Shown one piece after another: positions 1 through 10,479 of a stretch of DNA of 64,000 nucleotides (position 1 is its first letter; each line of letters begins with the position of its first letter). This stretch comes from Geosiphon pyriformis uo1 (taxonomy: Eukaryota; Fungi; Glomeromycota): positions 186,001 to 250,000 of the forward strand of contig JAAOMT010000483.1 in assembly GCA_016748015.1 (NCBI GenBank). Reading direction: 5' to 3'. The notes beneath the pieces were generated by a model. The model saw nothing but the letters and a program-made list of their open reading frames with translations. It was not told where the DNA came from and ran no database searches. A program made the position numbers and the translations under genes.

Positions 1-263
1 GATACATGATGAGCTAAAGAAATGTTCATAATAATTGCAACTCCAGCACCCATAAAACCTTTATCCAATCCTAAAGAAAAGATTTACACTCCATTAAATT
101 TATCTTTTATCCATGGCCCAAAAGAGGACCTTAACTTTGTTTCAGTGATAAAAGAAACCATGTTTCCCAAGTTTACATGCCAACGAACTATATTGTCCTG
201 CTTCGCAGGAATGTTCATGCCCCAAACATTGCACGTAGCAAATTTCTAGACCAGACCGCTCAT
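1..263 (-). pseudogene. LINE ORF2 N-terminus (apurinic-like endonuclease)
   Basis: Translates as MSGLV*KFATCNVWGMN...SFITETKL...GAGVAIIMN, matching the APE motifs TxNVxG, xETKL and GVAI. Contains in-frame stops. Confidence 0.85.
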
Positions 264-2149
264 TGGAGTGAAGGCAATAAAGAGGAACCTGAACCAGCAC
301 ACAAGAAATCCAATCTCGCCAAAACAGAACTAACTGAAGCCTCCAGAGCCGACATTTTAGACTCCAAACCACCCACCTTGGTAGTTAGAACCTTCGAACT
401 ACTCGAATTTAAGCCACCACCCATATCAATACTTGGAAAATGGTGATTAGATAATGCCAATTCACCATCCAGAGCCATATCAGAATCCAAACCAGGGGCC
501 AAAGGCACAGATCCAACCAGAAGAGGGGCACCAGAAGATGGAACCATGGGCACCAATTCAACAAAACTCAATTTCCTTAAAATATCAGACACTTGGTCAG
601 CCAACAACTCGAGAGAGCATTCCAAAGATGCCAAGTGAGCATTCAAAGAAGAGTCGACAAGTGTAGAAGAAGGAGAACCACCACCCAAATCTGGGGTCAT
701 ACAGTGAGAGGAATCAGCACCAAGACCAAAACCAGAAGGAGAGCCACCAGAAGGGAAAGCAAGAGAGACTACCTGGGTCCACGATTTGCCACCAAAAGCA
801 GCAGAGTGGGATATAGGAACATTTTTCTTTGCATATAACTTGGCCAATTGGAGACAATCCACACTAGGAGCACACCTTTTATTAAAATTAATTAAGAAAT
901 CAGAAGATGACGTATCTAATGCATCGCACTCTAAAGCCAAATGTCCAAGATGCCCACATTTTCCACACCAAACCAAATCCAGCCTAACTCAAGAAAGATG
1001 AACACCACCAAAAACAGGCTCAGTGAGAAAAGCAAAATTCAAATCATTCTCGGATTCGAAGCCAACTACAGCACAGCGAACCCTATTGCCAGTGTCCAAT
1101 GAATGATTAATAATACAAGTTCTGCCACCAGTTTTATCCAAAAGATTACTAAGGTCATGTGCTGTTGTTCCCACCGGCAACATAAACAGAAGCATCCTAA
1201 AACAATCCCTAAAGGCCCAGATATCGCAATCTCTCACAGCTTTTGTCATATGCACAGAGTCTTTTTCAATTAAGAAGGACCATTTTGAAGCCAATTGCTC
1301 TGTCTGTCCTAATTTGGTGAATTCCACTACAGCCTTCTGCCACATACCAACCAACTGGATTTTGATTGACTTAATTTGCCCAAACTCAGAAACTGTGGCG
1401 ACGATCATTTCTTTTGGCATATTCATGGGAATTTCTTTGATCACCACAGCCCAATCTGAACGAAGCCCTTGTTTCCTCACATTATTGTTTATAACGATCT
1501 CCTCTTTTTTGGCCAATAATACAGCTTTCCTCATGTTCTCCTCAGATGTAAATGTTAATCAGATAATTCCTTCAAATTTTGAGGAGATAGTGGCCCCCCC
1601 AAAACTATTGATCTTTGAAAAAACCTTCCTGATTAAATGAGTTTTCGCCATTGCCGATTTGCCTTCAACAGCTGAAAGATTGATATCCAAGACAAAAAAT
1701 TTCTTAACTGCCACCTCTATAAGAGTTTTGATGATTTTGGGATCGATCCAGATTTTATCCAAAGGAACCTTTTTCATAAGGGGGGGTGGAAGGGGCTTCA
1801 TCTTTTCATCCATCTCAAAGTCAGGAGAACCAATAATAGAACCAAAATTCACACTAGTATTCACACGTTTAGTCTTGGGAGTATTAACAGCTGAACCCAA
1901 AAGAAAATCATCAAAACCACCAGACATACTAACATTCTCATCATCATTAGAAAGGCTTTCTACATCGGAATATACACTAGCACTAGAACCAGACTTCAAA
2001 GAAATATTCTTTTTATCACCAGAGTGTTTAAAATTACCAAGAAAAGTTTTCTTTTTTTGTGAAAAGGAACCACCAGTAGAACTGTGAAACATGCCCTTAG
2101 AAGCCTTCTTACTAAACATGCTGCCACTAGAAGCAGCCTTTGAATCCAT
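260..2149 (-). pseudogene. LINE ORF1 (two RRM-like segments plus CCHC zinc knuckle), 630 codons with 2 internal stops
   Basis: ORFs 1559-2149, 989-1534 and 260-976 lie in one frame. Knuckle CGKCGHLGHLALEC; RRM-like VVIKEIP...KAVVEF and ...RCAVVGFES. Confidence 0.85.
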
Positions 2150-2676
2150 GACAAAGAGGTTATTAGTTAAAGAAATATTGATATAATACTAATAAGAGAA
2201 AAACAAAAACTTCTTCTTCAGAAAAATAACTCGTTGAGGGTTTTTTGGGAGTAAAAAAAAAAGAATTAAATTTATTTAAATATTAATATTAACAATTATA
2301 ATATTTAAATTGTAAATTAAAAATAACAATTATATATTTTAGCTATTAAATAAAAATAAAAAAATAAAAAATAAAACAAATATAATTATAAACTGGAAAA
2401 ATTAATTTATTAATTTCAAAAACAATATAACCAAAAAAAAATTAACCAACTTAATCTTAAAAAAAAATTTTAAAAAACAATATTTTTTTTATTAATATAA
2501 ATTAATAAATAAAAACAGTATTAATAACAAAAAAATCTTAAAATAAATAATAGCATAAAATTATAAACCAGCAGATTTTAACTTAAATAAACAATTTTAT
2601 TAAAAATATAATATATAAATTAAAATTTTAAAAAAATAAAAATATTTTTTAATAGATTTTAATTTGTTTTAAGAAC

Positions 2677-2715
<39 letters not shown>
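2677..2715. repeat. (TTA)13 microsatellite in an extremely AT-rich spacer
   Basis: Read directly from the sequence. Confidence 0.95.
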
Positions 2716-2716
<1 letters not shown>

Positions 2717-3300
2717 ATTAATATTTAATACATAAAACTTTATAAAAAAAAAAAATTTCTTTCTTTTCTTTATTCCAAATTCCCAAAAAAGAGTCAAAAA
2801 AGTTTTTTGAAAGAAGTTTTTTTACTATTCAGTACAATAAATTCAAACCGTTTTTGCTTAATTACAAGGCCACTGTTGGTCCTAGTATTGTTGTCATGAA
2901 AAAAACTCTCAAGGATTCTGGTTCTGATGCTGGTATCAAGTTTGTTGTGTCAAAAAAAAAGAAAAAGAAGTGCTTTGAAAGATAGTGTTGGTGACAAGAA
3001 AATTTTTACTAAGATATTGAGTGATCATTTATGATGCTTTGAGATTAGTAACACTACTGAATCTGATAGTGTAAATATGGAAGAGAAGTGTTTAGTTAAG
3101 AAAACCAGCTTTAATTATGATAAAGGTAGTGCTTTTACTAGAGAAAATATGGATCAAACACTTAAAAGTTCAAAGATACTAACCAAAAAAGCATTGAGAA
3201 AACCACTAGAAAAAATTAATTTTTTGAGTAATGATAATAATAATATTTTGTCAGATACTTCTTTAATACTTCCTTCTCTCTTGAAAATTCTGGTTGATGT

Positions 3301-4175
3301 TGTTACAGGTGATTATTTCTACTGTCAAATCAAATAACAAATCCGTAACTTGGTGCTCAAAGCTAATTGCAGTTGATATTGATCTGAAGATTTAGTCTCT
3401 GAAAGTTTTGGTTGAGTCCTTTGTATAATGAACAGAGATTCAATAGTGTCGATAGTAGATGTATCCTTCCAAGAGTTTTCCCAATTTCTTTCTCAGCATG
3501 GTGGCCAGATTTAGTCTGGCAGTCATGCCCTTCTGGTAAGCTATCCGATAATATATATAAAACCCTACCCTTATTTCTGGGTCTTTTACCAGGCTATTCT
3601 TGACATCAATAACTTAGCGCTTAATCTTTTAATCAATTAGTATACAACAACAAAATCAAAAAATGAAAGAAAATAAAATAAATAAAAAATAAAAGTAAAG
3701 AAAGTAAAGAAAATAAGCCAAGGCAATTTGGTCCGTTAGTATTTTGTCAATAGCCGTGATCAAGAACTATTGTTCTAGTGTGGTTAAGTATCAATTATTA
3801 TCAACATGAAGTATTGATAGTGGAGAGTAAATTGAAATATGGAATGATTATTTATTTGATGATTAGTTTCTTGGCTAAGGATTCTGTGGTATCAATTCTG
3901 TCTTTTCTGTTTTTAACACTACTGCTATATATACATAATTGAGATTCCTCAATTTTTTGATTCTTTATGACAGGAATCCTGGAATTCCTGAAATCCTGCA
4001 ATTCTTTTGAGAGGAATCCTGGAATTCTGGAATCCTGCAATTCCTCATTGAGAATCCTGAAATTCCTGGAATCCTGCAATTCTTGAGAGGAATCCTGGAA
4101 TTCCACATTTACTATGCTTACTTCTGATTGGCTAATAATTATGCTAATATAATTCCTATATTTTTATGAGTAACA
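3301..4175 (-). repeat. 3' LTR of element A
   Basis: Direct repeat of 12605-13479, adjacent to the PPT. Confidence 0.96.
3970..4105. repeat. U3 tandem GGAATCCTGGAATTCC/CTGCAATTC repeats (also at about 13275-13409)
   Basis: Short reiterated units upstream of the TATA-like box in element orientation. Confidence 0.85.
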
Positions 4176-4190
4176 TTATTCCCTCCTTTT
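4176..4190 (-). promoter_or_regulatory. Polypurine tract of element A
   Basis: AAAAGGAGGGAATAA abuts the 3' LTR. Confidence 0.9.
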
Positions 4191-4820
4191 AATATTGAGC
4201 TCCGTTGAAATCTAACTCATGTAATTCCCCCTCTTGAAGTATTTCCTGGATTTTGTTTTCGAGAATTACTTGTGTTATTTGGGTCTGTAATGCTTCAAAT
4301 TGAGCATTGGTGATTTTTCCCAATTAATTACTAGTCACCATATCCATTTCTCTGTTGAGCAATATTTTTGGTTTATCCTAAAATGCTGTGTGTATTCGGT
4401 ATATGGCTCGGGCTTGTGTGGATAAGTTGTTCTTTCCCAAAAATGTTCTAATTGTTGTAGTATTCTTTTGTCGAATAATCGCTTTGTTTTATCCATATAT
4501 AGATTCTGAATGTTTACATGTTGTCCCAAGTAAAAATAACAATAGTTTCGTGGAAATTGTTGTATCCACCAATTCCAAGTTTCTTTAGTCAACTCTTGAT
4601 ATAGTGACTCTTTTGTCAATTCTTTGATTATTGCTAATTTTACTTTCGCAATGATTTTGTCCACTGTATTTTCAGTTTTTTTCTGTGTTCTGAGTTGTAA
4701 TGTCTTTCTAGTATCTTGATATCGAATAGTTTATTGATTGATTGTAATCTCCATTTCCTGGTGTTGGATTAATTGAAAGAGTTGTTATGCTAATGAGTGA
4801 ATATTGTCTGTAATTTCCAT
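4180..4820 (-). pseudogene. ORF3 of element A (env position, unknown function)
   Basis: ATG at 4820 gives MEITDNIHSLA*QLFQLI...ITINQ. Includes ORF 4335-4664. Homologous to ORF3 of elements B, C, D and F. Confidence 0.75.
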
Positions 4821-4859
4821 TTTTCTGATATTTCCTGTCACATTTACCATGTCTTTATA

Positions 4860-7800
4860 TATTCTTTTGATGAATCAATTTAACATGTTGTTGTCGATAA
4901 TAATGATTGGTTCCAGATCTTGTGGAATCTCATTTGGTTGGACTAGTATTCTCTGTACTCCTAATCATGGAATATTACTGGTAGATAGTAGTGTGATGTT
5001 GTGATATGGCTTCAGTCAATCTCTATGTGCTGCTTTGGTTAAAATTTTGTTATTCAATCTTAATTTGTAAGCTCCATTTTCTAGAATTTCTTCTATGTGA
5101 AATGGTCCGTCCCATTTGGGGTCAAATTTTTCACTTCATTGTTTTTCTGCTTTGGTATGATGTAGTAATACTTTGTCTTCGATCTTGAATTCAACTGGTT
5201 TGTCTGGTAGTTGACTATCATGTCTTTCTTTTAGTGTTTCTTGTGACTTTTGAATATTATCAGCTGCTCTTTTTTGTTTGTTTTCCAATGTTTCTATTAA
5301 GTCATATGTTCTTCTCAGCAATGTTTCTTGAAAATTTTCCTCTGTTATTGGTTCAGCTGGATATGTATTAATTTCTCTCTCTACTGGTAACGTTGCTATT
5401 CTCTCATATACTAATTCAAATGGTGTTGCTTGTGTAGTATCCTGTTTCGTTGTCCGATAAGCAAATAGTACTGATGGTATAAACAAATCCCAATTGTTCT
5501 GGTTTTCTTGGCTGAGCTTGGTTATTGTTTCACACAATGTTCTGTTGAATCTTTCTACCAATCTGTTGGTTTGTGGATGGTATAGTAATGATAATGGTCT
5601 TTTGATTCCGAATCTTTGGCTCAATTCAGTTAATGTTCTGTTCACAAAATGAGTTCCTTGGTCTGACAATAATTCTTTTGGACATTCATGTCGACAAATC
5701 AACTCCTGATAAACGAATTTGGCAACGGATTCTGCATCCGCTCTTTGAATTGCTTTTGCCTCTGGCCATTTAGTGAGATAGTCTATAGCTACTGCTATGT
5801 ATCTGTTTCCTCTACTGGTGATTGTTAATGGTCCAACTAAATCAATTTCCATACGGTCAAATGGTTGTCCTACTTTGATTGGTCTTAATGGTTTACTGGG
5901 TCTTGTTCCTCCTCTTCACTGACAAGCTTCACAATTTTGAACATATTGAATGATGTCTGGATACATTGATGGCCAATAGTATCTTTTTCTAGTTCTTTCC
6001 ATGGTTGCTTCTTTGTGAAAATGTCCTGCTGTTGGATTTGAGTGCATGTTGAATAATATTGTCTCTTTTTTTGGCTCTGTAATTACTTTGGTTAGTTGGT
6101 CCGGATCTTTTCTATTTTTCCAATAAAGTATATTTTGGTGAGTGATAAAATATTTTGATTGTTGTTTGATCCTCTTTCATTTTGTATAAGATAAATTCTC
6201 CTTGAACTGTTGAGTATTTAGATAATGTTACAATTGTTAATATTTTTGTATGTTCATCTTTTGTTGTATTTTCCATTGGTATTGTTCTGGTTTTATTATA
6301 TCTTTGGGTTGAAATGTTCTTAGATTTGTCTTATTCGCAATAAACCATCAGCATTTCCATTGTCTTTTCCCTTTTTGTAATATATAGTATAATTGTATGG
6401 TGTGAGTGCCATTTTCCATCTTAACTGTCTTCCATCTCCAAATTTTTGTTTTTGGAATGATATCAATCCCTTGTGATCTGTGTATACTTCAAACTTCTGG
6501 CTCAAGTATTCTTTCCATTTCATGATGGCCCAGTATATTGCTAAGTGTTCTTGTTCCGGTGTTCCATAGTTCTTTTTGGCTGGTGTTAAACCTCTGCTGG
6601 CATATGCTACTGAATGTTCTCTGCTGTCTGATCCTCTCTGAAATAATACTGCTCCCAATGCTTGGCTGGATGCATCAGTGGTGATGATGAATGGTTTGCT
6701 GTAATCTGGATAGATCAGTACTGGAACTTGGATGAGCTTTTTCCTTAGAATATCAAAAGCTTCTTGTTGACTTTCTGTCCATTCATATTTCGCATTTTTG
6801 TTTTGTAGTTGATTGAGTGGCTGTGCTATCTTGGAAAAGTTCTTGATAAAATGATGATAGTAGCTGGCAAATCCCAAAAATGATTTCAGTTCTGTTATAT
6901 TGGTTGGTACTGAAAAGTTTTTTACTATCTCTATTTTCTCTGGATCTGTTTTGATGCCGTCTTTGCTGACTATGTGTCTCAAGAATTTGAGTTCCATCTT
7001 GCCAAAAAAGCACTTTGTCGCATTTAACTTCAGTCCTGCTCTTCTTAGTCTTTTGAACACTTGTTGAAGATAATAAAGATGATCATCAAACATCTTTGAG
7101 AATACATTGGTGTCGTCCAAGTATACAACTACTGATTTCCACAATAAGTCCATATAAACAATTTCCATTAGCCATTGGAAAGTCGCTGGGGCATTGGTTA
7201 AGCCGAATGACATTACTTCAAATTCGAAATTCCCTTTTCTAGTAGTAAATGCCGTCTTTTCTTTGTCAGCTGGATTCATGGCTACTTGCCAGTATCCACT
7301 GTCCAAATCTAATATGGAGAACTATTTGTTCCCACCGAAAGCATCAAATAATTCCTGTATTCATGGAGTTGGATAACTGTTTCCACGAGTTACACCATTG
7401 AGTTTCCTGTAGTCTACACAAAACTGGATTTTTCTATTTTTCTTATGGACGAGTACCACTGGTGACGACCATGGACTTATTGATGGTTAAATTAGCCTGT
7501 TGTTAAGCATTCTGTTTATCTCTTGATAAATAATCTCATGGCTGGCTGGTGGCACTCTGTATGCTCTTTGTTTGATTGGCATTGTATCTCCAGTCTTGAT
7601 CTGATGTTGGATGATGTCAGTTCGGCCAAACTCATTTTCGCTGGCAAAGATGTCATTGAAATTGTTAAGTAACATTTTGAGCTGCATACATTGGAGTGGA
7701 TCTAAGTTTCTCATGTTCATTTGTTCCAATTGTTCTGGTTGGAGCAAATAACATTCATCTCGTCCATAGATTGTTTGTGATGTAATGTCAACATATCCAC

Positions 7801-10230
7801 AAAGTTATGGAAAGTCTGGAATGGGGTTTGGTGGTTGGTCTTCTATTTCTGTGGTTAAATATCCAATGGTTATTCTTTTTGGTATGCTGATGACATTGCC
7901 AGTATTGTTGTAGATGGGAATTTTTATGCTGCTATAGCTTTTGGCTGGTATGTGGAAATTGATCAACCCAATCTCTCCCGATTCACAAAGAGTTGCTTCC
8001 ACTTCAAACATCTGTTCTTGCTCCTTTTCCTTTCTTTCTATTGCTAACATGTACTGGCTATATGGTGGAATGGAAATAGCTTGACCAGTTGAGATAATTT
8101 TTCCTTGGCCAACAATTTCTTCCTCTGTCATGTTAACTGATACATCTATTCTACCTGTGGATCTGAATCTCTGTATTCCTCTCACTGTGATTCCTAATTC
8201 CTCCCTCTTTCTCACTGATACTAACTGAGCTATTCTAACCAGAGGCAGGAATATTGCCTGTGCTATCTTTTCATTGGGCTCTATTACATAGGCCTTTTCT
8301 GAGTCATTTTGTAGCATAGCAATGATATTTTCTATATATCCTGTGTCAATTATTCCTCCTCTTATATTAATCTCTCTTTTTGCTAAACTACTCCTAGATG
8401 CTAATTGAACCATGATTGTTGCCAGAATTTCTAGTGCTATTTTTAGATTAAGGCAGGTGTGTGAATGTGGTTCCAATTTGATGGCATCTTTTCCTGGATA
8501 TCTCAGATCAAACCCTGCATTAGTATCATGCACACATTCTGGCATAATACCTTTCCCATTGTCACTATACCATTTCAACTCTTGTTCCTTGGAAAGATCT
8601 GGTAGTGCAATGTATTGTTCATAGTTTACCTCGGAGTTTGTATCTGAGTTAGAATCATTGTCATTGTCATTGCCATTTTGAATGGAGTTTGAACCGTTGT
8701 TGTCACCGTCATTGTTGGAGTTTGAATCGTGATCAATCGGCGATTCTGATTCTGATTCTGATGTGCAGCTGCTGATTGGTTTTTCCTCTTCCAGGATCAT
8801 GTAGATCATGCGTGGTGGTGGATTGTAAATGAGATCACACTCATCACAATACTGGAAGTCACAGAGAATTAGGCAGTGTTGACATAGTCGAGCATTCAAC
8901 TGCTTTAATCATTGTTCTTGTTCTTCTCTTGTGGGTGCTAATTCTTGGTAGTGTTTGTGGAATTGTTCCGGATCCAGGAGATTTATGATGGGTTCTGTGT
9001 CCCAGTCAAGCTCTAAAGGTTCTGGGGGTTGTCTTTAATCGTTTTTATCTCTTCTGGCATTGCCCCTTTGATTTTTGCAAGTGCCATTTGCCAAATTTTG
9101 TTGTTGTCATGTGGGCAACTGTCCAGTCGTTGTATGGCTCTTCTCCAGGCTGCTTCTATTGGGGTTCCTTTCTTTACCCAGTCACTTATTAGAATCGTGT
9201 ATTGACACAATACGTCACATGTTCTTCCTCATCTAAGAATGTCATGCCACATTCCTTTGTCCAAGAGAGTCTCTCCACAAGCTAAGCATGGCTGATTGTC
9301 CCATTTCCCTACTTGTTTTGGTCTTCCAAAGTGTTCAAGGATGCATGGGCAGCAATAAAACCTAGTTGCCATTGAATATTCTTCATCGTCCCCACAGCAT
9401 GTGCCCATTGATGACAATTTCTTGCCACAATCGACGCATATAAGCTTGAGTCAACGATAGGTAGATCGTTGTGGTGTAGTGTAGGTGTTATAAGTGGTGG
9501 TGGTTTGAGTGGTCTATTTTTCTTTTCCTTTCCCTTTATTTTCTTTTTTTTCTTCCTATTCCCAGCTTGAAGTTGGTTCACTCTTGTTGTTGTTGGTCCA
9601 TGTCAAGTCATCGGTTTCCCAGGTAAGTTCTTCTTTTTGTTTTCCTTTTCCCTTGTTGTTGTCATTCCAAGAGAGTATTGGTGGCAGCTCATTGTGCTCT
9701 TCGTCAGCTCACGATACTTGGTAGGCTTTCCAGGTAGGCTTTTCTTTCTCCTCCTCCAGCTCGATCAATAGTTTCTCTCTTGGAGGAGTTTTGAAGTGGC
9801 CACACATGGCCGGAACATGTATGTGTTGGCCCTGATACGTTAGCTAGAGTTCCTGGATGTTCTAGTCTAACGTTGCATTGACTTTAGATAGCCACTCATT
9901 ACCAACGAGAGCTTGGTATTGAGTGGCTTCTATTACTAGAACTTTAATGGGAGTCACTATGCCATTGACTTCAAAAGGAAAATCATTGATTTCGCCGATG
10001 GGAGTTTTGGTCACTCCATTGGCTGTGATGATTCTGGCGCTGGCAGCTCGATCAACTCAGTGACTTAATTGATCCATGAGTTGTTTAGTGATTATGCTGC
10101 CAGCTGATCCACTATCTAGAATGAGTTTGATGGAGTGACCATCAACTCTGGCATCCATGTACATTGCTGTTATAGGTTTCTCTTCAAGGGCAGCTCTACT
10201 GAATAATGGTATTGGTGCATTTTCTTTGAG
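4860..10230 (-). pseudogene. pol: pol of element A: protease, Cys-rich domain, dUTPase, RT, RNase H, integrase
   Basis: PR LILDSGSAGSII (about 10120); RT VVYLDDTN; RH TTDAS...YTDHKGL...NADGL; IN IDLVGP, LLSDQG, VERFNRT and the GPF motif WDGPF. Many stops. Confidence 0.95.
8150..8530 (-). pseudogene. dut: dUTPase domain within pol of element A
   Basis: All five trimeric dUTPase motifs in order: AGFDL, SRSSLA, GGIIDTGY, KIAQAI and RGIQRFRSTG (consensus RGxxGFGSTG). Confidence 0.92.
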
Positions 10231-10479
10231 TTCAAAAGGGAAGATGGCTGCTAGGGATTTGTTGCTAGAGATGGTTGCCAGTGGAATGGTGTTGATAGGT
10301 ATGTGCTGATTAGATTCTGTGTTGTTGGATGTGGCATTTTCTGGGGTAACTAGGAAACTTAAATAATGTTGAGAATTTGGGTTTTGAACGCGACTGGTAT
10401 CCAAATTCCAGGTGCGTGATCCTAATAGTGGGTTTAGCAAACTGGGAATTGGTTGGTGAACAACTATCGCCAATCTCCA

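Larger units (their letters stand above)
1..2265 (-). mobile_element. LINE (non-LTR retrotransposon) copy 1, 5' part; continues beyond the window start
   Basis: ORF1 is followed by the start of an APE endonuclease ORF2. The 5' UTR motif (tcccaaaaaaa...gaagaagttttt) is shared with LINE copy 2. The 5' boundary is approximate. Confidence 0.88.

Noticed and set aside
1314-2087. Plus-strand ORFs opposite LINE ORF1, and similar antisense ORFs across the window
   Set aside because: These are shadow frames of retroelement coding sequence with no recognisable motifs.
3412-3603. Duplicated small ORFs in LTRs (3412-3603 with 12716-12907; 48831-49088 with 57761-58039)
   Set aside because: They are antisense, start at TTG or similar codons and show no motifs. 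The duplication simply reflects LTR identity.
3970-4105. GGAATTCC repeats as NF-kB sites
   Set aside because: The resemblance is superficial. The host is apparently fungal and no binding factor can be assigned from sequence.
3852-4106. 84-aa repetitive ORF (ELQDSR repeats)
   Set aside because: It is a translation of the U3 tandem repeat, with no evidence that it is a real gene.
7805-8899. Stand-alone host or phage dut gene
   Set aside because: It is embedded in pol between PR and RT inside TSD-flanked LTRs and is repeated in each element.
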